From Squalus acanthias (taxonomy: Eukaryota): a stretch of 64,000 nucleotides of DNA. The stretch covers positions 71,426,001 to 71,490,000 of the forward strand of contig CM059432.1 in assembly GCA_030390025.1 (NCBI GenBank). The letters are read 5' to 3'. Numbering within the stretch: position 1 is the first letter of the stretch; the number at the start of each line of letters is the position of its first letter. The translations under genes and the position numbers were made by a program. Of the stretch, positions 1 through 11,600 are shown one piece after another. The notes under the pieces are model-generated. The model was not told where the DNA came from. It did no database searches and saw only the letters and a list, made by a program, of their open reading frames with translations.

Positions 1-1103
1 CCAAGAACCAGTCCAGCTCCCTATTGAAGGCATGCAGAGAGACTCACCACTTTCTTGGAAAAGAAGAACAACCTAACATCTAGCCTATTCCTACCGTTGC
101 GTAGTTTTAATGCATAACCCCCTGGTCTAGCCCAATCTGTCAACAGAAACAGTCGATCAATAGGGGTGCAATCCAGCCGTTTCATTATTTTATATACCTC
201 TATCGGGTCATCTCTAAGTCTACACTGCTCTAAAGTAAATAGACCCAGCTCTTTAAACCTATCTGATTAACTTTCTTTAAGCTATGAATCATTATTGTGG
301 CTTTCCTCTGAATCTTTTCTAAGGACACTATATCATTCAACATGCAATAGGACCAAACTTTTTTTAAATTCGCTTTATGAGATGTGGGCGTCGCTGGCAA
401 GGTCAGCATTTATTGCCCATCCCTAATTGCCCTTGAGAAGGTGGTGGTGAGCCGCCTTCTGAACCGCTGCAGTCCGTGTGGTGAAGGTACTCCCACAGTG
501 CTGTTAGGAGGGAGTTCCAGGATTTTGACCCAGCGACGATGAAGGATCGGCGATATACTTCTAAGTCAGGATGGTGTGTGATTTGGAGGGAAACTTGGAG
601 GTGATGGTGTTCCCATGCGCCTGCTGCCCTTGTCCTTCTAGATGGAAGAGGTCGCAGGTTTGGGAGGTGCTGCTGAAGAAGCCTTGGCGAGTTGCTGCAG
701 TGCATCTTGTAGATGGTACACACTGCAGCCACGGTACGCCGGTGGTGGAGGGAGTGAATGTTCATGGTGGTGGATGGGGTGTCAATCAAGCGGGCTGCTT
801 TGTCCTGGATGGTGTTGAGCTTCTTGAGTGTTGTTGGAGCTGCACTCATCCAGGCAAGTGGAGAGTATTCCATCACTCTCCTTACTTGTGCCTTGTAGAT
901 GGTGGAAAGGGTTTGGGATGTCAGGAGGTGAGACACTCACCGCAGAATACCTAGCCTCTGACCTGCTCTTGTTGTCACAGTATTTATGTGGCTGGTCCAG
1001 ATAAGTTTCTGCTCAATGGTGACCCCCAGGATGTTGATGGTGGGGGATTCGGCGATGGTAATGATGTTGAATGTCAAGGGGAGGTGGTTAAACTCTCGCT
1101 TGT

Positions 1104-1281
1104 GTACTGTAAACATTATTGATTATTTGTAAAATTAATCATTGCATTTATATTAACTATAAGGCTGTTTTTAAGGCTTTATTTTTTACTGTGGTGGATG
1201 AATGTAATGGATTTACTATGTAATGGATTTACTATGTAATTGATGAGTTGTACAGGTATTATTGTTTTTGAATAAAAATAT
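1104..1281 (+). mobile_element. 178-bp AT-rich retroposed insert with 16-bp target-site duplication
   Basis: TTAAACTCTCGCTTGT is present at 1088-1103 and 1282-1297. The insert is absent from the homologous site in copy 2 (about 46578-46593) and ends in AATAAAAATAT. Confidence 0.8.
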
Positions 1282-2078
1282 TTAAACTCTCGCTTGTTGG
1301 AGATAGTCATTGCCTGGCACTTCTGTGGCACGAATGTTACCTGCCACATATCAGCCCAAGCCTGAACGTCGTCCAGGACTTGTTGCATGCAGGCATGGAC
1401 TGCTTCATTATCTGAGTAGTTGTGAATGGCGCTGAACACTGTGCAGTCATCAGCGAACTGCCCCATTTCTGACCTTATGTTGGAGGGAAGGTCATTGATG
1501 AAGCAGCTGAAGATGGTTGGGCCTAGGATACTGCCCTGAGGAACTCCTGCAGCGATGTCCTGGGGCTGTGATGATTAACTTTCAACCACCACAACCATCT
1601 TCCTTTGTGCTAGGTATGACTCCAGCCAGTGGAGCGTTTTCCCCCTATTCCCATTGACTTCAGTGTTACTAGGGCTCCTTGATGCCACACTCGGACAAAT
1701 GCTGCCTTGATGTCAAGGGCAGTTACTCTTACCTCACCTTTGGAATTCAGCTCCTTTGTCCATGTTTGGACCAAGGCTGTAATGAGGTCAGGAGCCGAGT
1801 GGTCTTGGCGGAACCCAAACTGGGCATCAGTGAGCAGGTTCTTGGTGAGTTAGTGCCACTTGATAGCACTATCGATGACACCTTCCATCACTTTGCTGAT
1901 GATTGAGAGTAGACTGGTGGGGTGGTAATTGGCCGCGTTGGATTTGTCCTGCTTCTTGTGGACTGGACATACCTGGGCAGTTTTCCACATTGTCGGATAG
2001 ATGCCAGTGTTGTAGCTGTACTGGAACAGCTTGGCTAGAGGCGCGGCTAGTTCTAGAGCACAAGTCTTCAGCATGATA

Positions 2079-3302
2079 AGAACATAAGAACATAAGAAAT
2101 AGGAGCAGGAGTAGGCCAATCGGCCCCTCGAGCCTGCTCCGCCATTCAATAAGATCATGGCTGATCTGATCCTAACCGCCAATCTACTATCTATCACAGA
2201 ACCATCTCCTGCATCTAACAGAATTGCACACACAAAATAGGAGCAGAATCAGGCTACACAGTCCCTGGGCCCGCTCCACTACCCACAGGGCCATGACCGA
2301 TCCGAACCTAGACTCATGTCCAAATTCCTGCCCGCTCCCCGTAACCCTTAATGCCCTTTACTTCTAGGAAACTGTCTATTTCTGTTTTAAATTTAATTAA
2401 TGTTGTAGCTTCTACAGCTTTTTGTGGCAGCATATTCCATGGACCTACCACCCTCTGAGTGAAGTAGTTCCTCCTCATCTCAGTTTTGAAAGAGCAGCCC
2501 CTTATTCTAAGACTATGTCCCCTAGTTCTCGTCTCACCCGTCATCGGGAACATCCTCCCCGCATCCACCCGATCCAACCCCTTCACAATCTTATATGTTT
2601 CAATAAGATCGCCTCTCATTCTTCTGAACTCCAATGAGTAGAGTCCCAATCTACCCAACCTCTCCTCATATGACCACCCCCTCATCCCCGGGATTAACCG
2701 AGTGAACCTTTTTTGCACTGCCTCGAGAGCAAGGATGTCTTTCCTTAAGTAAGGACACCAAAACTGTATGCAGTATTCCAGGTGCGGTCTCACCAATACC
2801 TTGTACAACTGAAGCAATACCTCCCTATTTTTATATTCTATCCCCCTAGCAATGAAAGCCAACATTCCATTTGCCTTCTTAATCACTTGCTGCACCTGCA
2901 TACTAACCTTTTGAGTTTTGTGCACCAGGACCCCCAGATCCCTTTGCACTTCAGTACTCTCCAGTTTCTTGCCATTAAGATAATAAATTGCTCTAGGATT
3001 TTTCCTGCCAAAGTGCATCACCTCACACTTTCCAGTGTTGTATTCCATCTGCCAAATCTCTGCCCACTTACTTAGCCTGTCTATGTCCCCTTGCAGGTTT
3101 TTTATGTCCTCCTCACTCACTACTTTCCCTCCCATCTTAGTATCATCTGCAAATTTTGATATGTTACACTTGGTCCCTTCCTCCAAATCGTTAATATAGA
3201 TTGTAAAGAGTTGGGGACCCAGCACTGACCCCTGTGGAACACCACTAGTTACTGATTGCCAGTCTGAGAATGAACCATTTATCCCAACTCTTTGCTAGCT
3301 CA
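2079..3302 (-). mobile_element. 5'-truncated young CR1 LINE (ORF2 RT C-half, open ORF 2314-3225)
   Basis: ORF contains LGPQLFTIYINDL, KFADDTK, LVRPHLEYCIQFW and RRMRGDLIETYKI. The 3' tail is (TTCTTATG)n. ATGATA is duplicated at 2073-2078 and 3303-3308 in the host LINE. Confidence 0.95.
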
Positions 3303-5328
3303 ATGATAGCTGGGATGTTGTCGGGGCCCATAGACTTTGCTGTATCCAGTGCGCTCTGCCGTTTCTTGATATCACGTGGAGTGAATTGAATTGACTGAAG
3401 ACTGGCTTCTGTGATGGTGGGGACCTCAGGAGTAGGCCGATATGGATCATCCACTTGGCACTTCTGGCTGAAGATGTTTGCAAATGCTTCAGCCTTGTCT
3501 TTTGCACTCACGTGCTGGGCTCCACCATCATTGAGGATGGGGATATTCATGAAGCCTCCTCCTCCCGTTAGTTGTTTAATGGTCCACCACCATTCGCGAC
3601 TGGATGTGACAGGACTGCAGAGCTTTGATCTGATCCGTTGCTTGTGGGATCGCTTAGCCCTGTCTATAGCATGCTGCTTCCGCTTTTTAGCATGCATTTA
3701 GTCCTGTGTTGCAGCTTCCCCAGGTTTGCACCTCATTTTCAGGTATGCCTGGTGCTGCTCCTGGCATGCTCTTCTACACTCGTTATTAAACCAGGGTTGG
3801 TCCCCTGGCTTGATGGTAATGGTAGAGTGAAGGGATATGCTGGGCCATGAGGTTACAGATTGTGGTGGAATACAATTCTGCTGCTGCTGATGGCCAACAG
3901 CACCTCATGGATGCCCAGTTTTGAGCTGCTAGATCTGTTCTGAATCTACCCCATTTAGCACTGTGGTATTGCCACACAATATGATGGAGGGTGTCCTCAG
4001 TGTGAAGACAGGACTTTGTCTCCACAATGACTGTGCGGTGGTCACTGTTACCAATACTGTCATGGACAAATGCATCTGCGACAGGTTGATTGGTAACAGG
4101 TAGGTTTTTCCCACGTGTTGGTTCCCTCACCACTTGTCACAGGCCCAGACTGGCCACTATGTCCTTCACGACTTGGCCAGCTCAGTCAGTAGTGGTGCTA
4201 CTGAGCCACTCTTGGTGATGGACATTGAAGTCCCCCACCCAGAGTAAATTCTGCACCCTTGCTACTCTCAGTGCTTCTTCCAAGTGGTGTTCAACATGGA
4301 GGAGTACTGATTCATCAACTGAGGGAGGGTGGTAATCAGCAGGAGGTTTCCTTGCCCATGCTTGACCTGAAGCCATGAGACTTTATGGGGTCCGGAGTAA
4401 ATGTTGAGGACTCCCAGGGCCACTCCTTCCCGACTGTATACCACTGTGCCACCACCCCTGGTGGGTCTGTCCTGGGATGGTGATGGAGGAGTTTGGGACA
4501 TTGGCTGAAAGGTATGATTCTGTGAGTATGACTATGCCAAACTGTTGCTTGACTAGTCTGTGGGACAGCTCTCCCAATTTTGGCACAAGTCCCCAGATGT
4601 TGCAGGGTCAATTGGACTGGGTGTGCCATTGCCGTGTCCGTAGCCGGTGCCGAGGTCGATGCCAGGTGGTCCATCGGTTTCATTCTTATTATTGTGTTTC
4701 GTAGCGGTTTGTTACAACTGAGTGGCTTGCTAGGCCATTTCAGAGGGCAGTGAAGAGTCAACCACATTGCTGTGGGTCTGGAGTCACATATAGACCAGAC
4801 CAGGTAAGGACGGCAGATTTCCTTCCCTAAAGGACATTAGTGAACCAGATGGGTTTTTATGACAATCCAATAGTTTCATGGTTACCATTACTGATACTAG
4901 CTTTTTATTCCAGATTTATTTAATTAACTGAAATTAAATTTCCCAGCTACATCTCTGGATCGTTAGTTCAGGCCTTTCGATTACCAGCCCGGTGACATTA
5001 CCACTACATTACCATTCCCGTTGGACACAGAACTCTAGATGCTGTCTAACCAAGGACCTGTATAATGAAAGAATGGTGTCTTTGACTTGTATTGAATGGT
5101 TCTATTAATAAAACCCAATAACCTGTTTGCTTTGGCTACAGTTTCTCTGCATTAATCATGAAACTTGTGTGATCTGTGCACAATAACACCTAGATCCTTT
5201 TTCTTTCAATTGCTTTCAGCATAGTTCCCTGCAAATAGTAAATACATTCAGTGTTGGTCCTGCCTACATGCGTCACATTGCATTTGTCTAGGTTCAATGC
5301 CATTTGCCATTATTTGGCACAGTTTAAC

Positions 5329-5680
5329 TTAAGAAAACGTTTCAAAGCACATCACAAGAGACAAAAATGTAAACCGAGCCAAAGGAGATATTAGGACAGT
5401 GTCTAAAAGCTTGGTCAAAGAGGTAGATTTTAAGAATTGTCTTAAAGGAGGACAGAGAGTTGGGGAGGCAGAGAGGAGGTAAGGCTTAGTGAGGGAATTC
5501 CAAAGCTTGGGGGCTAGACGGCTGAAGGCACGGCTGCCAATGATGGGGTAAAGGGAGTGGAGGATGCACAAGAGGCCAGAGTTAGAGGAACGCAGAGTTC
5601 AGAGATAGTGAGAGTCAAGGCCATAGAGGGATTTGAACACAAGGATGAGAATCTTAAAATCGAGGCAATGGTGGACGAGG
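5329..5680 (-). mobile_element. Degraded L2-type LINE 3' fragment
   Basis: Minus-strand GSRAFSRLAPKLWNSL resembles the C-terminal RAFS..AP.LWNSLP motif of L2 ORF2. Confidence 0.65.
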
Positions 5681-5682
5681 AG

Positions 5683-8600
5683 CTTCTAATCACAGCCGAA
5701 CCTGACCTCACTTCTCATCACAATCAAACCTGACCTCACTTCTCATCACAATCAAACCTGACCTCACTTCTCATTACAGTTAAACCTGACCTCACTTCTC
5801 ATCACAGTTAAACTTAACCTCACTTCTCATTACAGTTAAACCTGACCTCACTTCTCATTAAAGTTAAACCTGACCTCACTTCTCATCACAGTTAAACCTG
5901 ACCTCACTTCTCATCACAGTTAAACCTGATCTCACTTCTCATCACAATCAAACCTGACCTCAATTCTCATCACAATTAAACTTAACCTCACTTCTCATTA
6001 CAGTTAAACCTGACCTCACTTCTCATTAAAGTTAAACCTGACCTCACTTCTCATCACAATCAAACCTGATCTCATTTCTCATCACAGTCAAAGCTGATCT
6101 CACTTCTCATCACAATCAAACCTGATCTCACTTCTCATCACAGTCAAACCTGATCTCACTTCTCATCACAGTCAAACCTGACCTCACTTCTCATCACAGT
6201 CAAACCTGACCTCACTTCTCATCGCAATCAAACCTGATCTCACTTCTCATCACAGTCAAACCTGATCTCACTTCTCATCACAGTCAAACCTGACCTCACT
6301 TCTCATCACAGTCAAACCTCACCACACTTCTCATCACAGTTAAACCTGATCTCACTTCTCATCACAATCAAACCTGACCTCACTTCTCATCACAGTTAAA
6401 CCTGACCTCACTTCTCATCACAGTTAAACCTGATCTCACTTCTCATCACAGTTCAACCTGACCTCACTTCTCATCACAGTCAAACCTGACCTCACTTCTC
6501 ATCACAATCAAACCTGACCTCACTTCTCATCACAGTTAAACCTGACCTCACTTCTCATCACAGTTAAACCTGATCTCACTTCTCATCACAATCAAACCTG
6601 ACCTCACTTCTCATCACAGTCAAAACTGACCTCACTTCTCATCACAAACAAACCTGACCTCACTTCTCATCACAATCAAACCTGACCTCACTTCTCATCA
6701 CAGATAAACCTGACCTCACTTCTCATCACAGTTAAACCTGATCTCACTTCTCATCACAGTTAAACCTGACCTCACTTCTCATCACAATCAAACCTGATCT
6801 CATTTCTCATCACAGTCAAACCTGAACTCACTTCTCATCACAGTCAAACCTGACCTCACTTCTCATCACAATCAAACCTGACCTCACTTCTCATCACAGT
6901 TAAACCTGACCTCACTTCTCATCACAATCAAACCTGATCTCATTTCTCATCACAGTCAAACCTCACCACACTTCTCATCACAATCAAACCTGACCACACT
7001 TTTCATCACAGTTAAACTTGACCTCACTTCTCATCACAGTTAAATCTGATCTCACTTCTCATCACAATCAAACCTGACCTCACTTCTCATCACAGTCAAA
7101 CCTGACCTCACTTCTCATCACTGTCAAACCTGACCTCACTTCTCATCACAATCAAACCTGACCTCACTTCTCATCACAGTCAAACCTGACCTCACTTCTC
7201 ATCACAGTCAAACCTGACCTCAATTCTCATCACAATCAAACCTGTCCTCACTTCTCATCACAGTTAAACATGACCACACTTCTCATCACAATCAAACCTG
7301 ACCACAATTCTCATCACAATCAAACCTGACCTCAATTCTCATCACAATCAAACCTGACCTCACTTCTCATCACAGTTAAACCTGACCTCAATTCTCATCA
7401 CAATCAAACCTGACCTCACTTCTCATCACAGTTAAACCTGGCCACACTTCTCATCACAATCAAACCTGATCTCACTTCTCATCACAGTCAAACCTCACCA
7501 CACTTCTCATCACAATCAAACCTGACCACAGTTCTCATCAGTTAAACCTGACCTCAATTCTCATCACAATCAAACCTGACCTCACTTCTCATCACAATCA
7601 AACCTGACCACACTTCTCATCACAATCAAACCTGACCACATTTCTCATCACAGTTAAACCTGACCTCACTTCTCATCACAGTCATACCTGATCTCACTTC
7701 TCATCACAATCAAACCTGACCTCACTTCTCATCACAGTTAAACCTGACCTCACTTCTCATCACAACCAAACCTGATCTCACTTCTCATCACAATCAAACA
7801 TGACCACATTTCTCATCACAACCAAACCTGACCTCACTTCTCATCACAACCAAACCTGATCTCACTTCTCATCACAGTCAAACCTGATGTCACTTCTCAT
7901 CACAATTAAACCTGACCTCACTTCTCATCACAATCAAACCTCACCTCACTTCTCATCACAGTTAAACCTGACCTCACTTCTCATCACAGTTAAACCTGAT
8001 CTCACTTCTCATCACAGTCAAAAATGACCTCACTTCTCATCACACTGAAACCTGACCTCACTTCTCATCACAATCAAACCTGACCTCACTTCTCATCACA
8101 ATCAAACCTGACCTCATTTCTCATCACAATCAAACCTGACCTCACTTCTCATCACAATCAAACCTGACCACACTTCTCATCACAGTTAAACCTGACCTCA
8201 CTTCTCATCACAATCAAACCTGTCCTCACTTCTCATCACAGTTAAACCTGATCTCACTTCTCATCACAATCAAACCTGTCCTCACTTCTCATCACAGTTA
8301 AACCTGACCTCACTTCTCATCACAATCAAACCTGACCTCACTTCTCATCACAATCAAACCTGACCTCACTTCTCATCACAATCAAACCTGACCACACTTC
8401 TCATCACAGTTAAACCTGACCTCACTTCTCATCACAATCAAACCTGTCCTCACTTCTCATCACAGTTAAACCTGATCTCACTTCTCATCACAATCAAACC
8501 TGTCCTCACTTCTCATCACAGTTTAACCTGACCTCACTTCTCATCACAATCAAACCTGACCTCACTTCTCATCACAATCAAACCTGACCACACTTCTCAT

Positions 8601-11600
8601 CTCAGTTAAACCTGACCACACTTCTCATCACAGTAAAACCTGACCTCACTTCTCATCACAGTTAAACCTGTCCTCACTTCTCATCACAGTTAAACCTGAC
8701 CTCACTTCTCATCACAATCAAACCTGACCTCACTTCTCATCACAATCAAACCTGACCTCACTTCTCATCACAGTCAAACCTAACCTCACTTCTCAACGCA
8801 ATCAAACCTGATCTCACTTCTCATCACAATCAAACCTGACCTCACTTCTCATCACAATCAAACCTGATCTCATTTCTCATCACAGTCAAACCTGATCTCA
8901 CTTCTCATCACAATCAAACCTGATCTCACTTCTCATCACAGTCAAACCTGACCTCACTTCTCATCACAGTTAAACCTGACCTCACTTCTCATCACAATCA
9001 AACCTGATCTCATTTCTCATCACAGTCAAAGCTGATCTCACTTCTCATCACAATCAAACCTGATCTCACTTCTCATCACAGTCAAACCTGATCTCACTTC
9101 TCATCACAGTCAAACCTGACCTCACTTCTCATCACAGTCAAACCTGACCTCACTTCTCTTCGCAATCAAACCTGATCTCACTTCTCATCACAGTCAAACC
9201 TGATCTCACTTCTCATCACAGTCAAACCTGACCTCACTTCTCATCACAGTCAAACCTCACCACACTTCTCATCACAGTTAAACCTGATCTCACTTCTCAT
9301 CACAGTCAAACCTGACCTCACTTCTCATCACAGTTAAACCTGACCTCACTTCTCATCACAGTCAAAAATGACCTCACTTCTCATCACACTGAAACCTGAC
9401 CTCACTTCTCATCACAATCAAACCTGACCTCACTTCTCATCACAATCAAACCTGACCTCACTTCTCATCACAATCAAACCTGACCTCACTTCTCATCACA
9501 ATCAAACCTGACCACACTTCTCATCACAGTTAAACCTGACCTCACTTCTCATCACAATCAAACCTGTCCTCACTTCTCATCACAGTTAAACCTGATCTCA
9601 CTTCTCATCACAATCAAACCTGTCCTCACTTCTCATCACAGTTAAACCTGACCTCACTTCTCATCACAATCAAACCTGACCTCACTTCTCATCACAATCA
9701 AACCTGACCACACTTCTCATCTCAGTTAAACCTGACCACACTTCTCATCACAGTTAAACCTGACCTCACTTCTCATCACAGTTAAACCTGTCCTCACTTC
9801 TCATCACAGTTAAACCTGACCTCACTTCTCATCACAATCAAACCTGACCTCACTTCTCATCACAATCAAACCTGACCTCACTTCTCATCACAGTCAAACC
9901 TGACCTCACTTCTCAACGCAATCAAACCTGATCTCACTTCTCATCACAATCAAACCTGACCTCACTTCTCATCACAATCAAACCTGATCTCATTTCTCAT
10001 CACAGTCAAACCTGATCTCACTTCTCATCACAATCAAACCTGATCTCACTTCTCATCACAGTCAAACCTGACCTCACTTCTCATCACAGTTAAACCTGAC
10101 CTCACTTCTCATCACAATCAAACCTGATCTCATTTCTCATCACAGTCAAAGCTGATCTCACTTCTCATCACAATCAAACCTGATCTCACTTCTCATCACA
10201 GTCAAACCTGATCTCACTTCTCATCACAGTCAAACCTGACCTCACTTCTCATCACAGTCAAACCTGACCTCACTTCTCATCGCAATCAAACCTGATCTCA
10301 CTTCTCATCACAGTCAAACCTGATCTCACTTCTCATCACAGTCAAACCTGACCTCACTTCTCATCACAGTCAAACCTCACCACACTTCTCATCACAGTTA
10401 AACCTGATCTCACTTCTCATCACAGTCAAACCTGACCTCACTTCTCATCACAGTTAAACCTGACCTCACTTCTCATCACAGTCAAAAATGACCTCACTTC
10501 TCATCACACTGAAACCTGACCTCACTTCTCATCACAATCAAACCTGACCTCACTTCTCATCACAATCAAACCTGACCTCACTTCTCATCACAATCAAACC
10601 TGACCACACTTCTCATCACAGTTAAACCTGACCTCACTTCTCATCACAATCAAACCTGTCCTCACTTCTCATCACAGTTAAACCTGATCTCACTTCTCAT
10701 CACAATCAAACCTGTCCTCACTTCTCATCACAGTTAAACCTGACCTCACTTCTCATCACAATCAAACCTGACCTCACTTCTCATCACAATCAAACCTGAC
10801 CACACTTCTCATCTCAGTTAAACCTGACCACACTTCTCATCACAGTTAAACCTGACCTCACTTCTCATCACAGTTAAACCTGTCCTCACTTCTCATCACA
10901 GTTAAACCTGACCTCACTTCTCATCACAATCAAACCTGACCTCACTTCTCATCACAATCAAACCTGACCTCACTTCTCATCACAGTCAAACCTGACCTCA
11001 CTTCTCAACGCAATCAAACCTGATCTCACTTCTCATCACAATCAAACCTGACCTCACTTCTCATCACAATCAAACCTGATCTCATTTCTCATCACAGTCA
11101 AACCTGATCTCACTTCTCATCACAATCAAACCTGATCTCACTTCTCATCACAGTCAAACCTGACCTCACTTCTCATCACAGTTAAACCTGACCTCACTTC
11201 TCATCACAATCAAACCTGATCTCATTTCTCATCACAGTCAAAGCTGATCTCACTTCTCATCACAATCAAACCTGATCTCACTTCTCATCACAGTCAAACC
11301 TGATCTCACTTCTCATCACAGTCAAACCTGACCTCACTTCTCATCACAGTCAAACCTGACCTCACTTCTCATCGCAATCAAACCTGATCTCACTTCTCAT
11401 CACAGTCAAACCTGATCTCACTTCTCATCACAGTCAAACCTGATCTCACTTCTCATCACAATCAAACCTGACCTCACTTCTCATCACAATCAAACCTGAT
11501 CTCATTTCTCATCACAGTCAAACCTGATCTCACTTCTCATCACAATCAAACCTGATCTCACTTCTCATCACAGTCAAACCTGACCTCACTTCTCATCACA

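Larger units (their letters stand above)
359..5021 (-). mobile_element. Full-length decayed single-ORF APE+RT LINE (CR1 group, Zenon-like), copy 1, with tRNA-derived 5' head
   Basis: Minus-strand fragments appear in order: APE (VILTESYL, WVGDFNVHHQEWL, REPTRGKN, SDH), RT (NYHPTSLLSIISKVMEG, FADDCTVF) and C-terminus (IYKAQVRRVMEYSPLAW). It ends in an A tail (T run at 359-365) and is colinear with the copy at 45850-51885. It is interrupted by inserts at 1104-1281 and 2079-3302. Zenon-like is an inference from the YKAQVR..MEY motif and the lack of ORF1. Confidence 0.9.
175..5328 (-). mobile_element. Old CR1-type LINE fragment, split in two (about 175-358 and 5022-5328) by a younger LINE insertion
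   Basis: Joining ...GGACCAAACT (about 350-359) to TGGACACAGAACTCTAGATGCTGTCTAACCAAG (from 5022) gives minus-strand LVRQHLEFCVQF. This matches the CR1 ORF2 motif LVRPHLEYCVQFW seen in the intact CR1 ORFs of this window. Confidence 0.7.

Noticed and set aside
571..954. Plus-strand ORFs over LINE copies (also 1679-1906, 3411-3701, 46460-46710 and similar)
   Set aside because: These are antisense shadows of LINE ORFs with no recognisable protein motifs.
1850..2233. 127-aa ORF as a gene
   Set aside because: It is a chimera of a CR1 3' UTR and the host LINE RT frame across an insertion junction.
5701..5760. C/D-box snoRNA motifs in the monomer (GTGATGA on minus, CTGA on plus)
   Set aside because: The boxes lie on opposite strands and there is no guide region or terminal stem.
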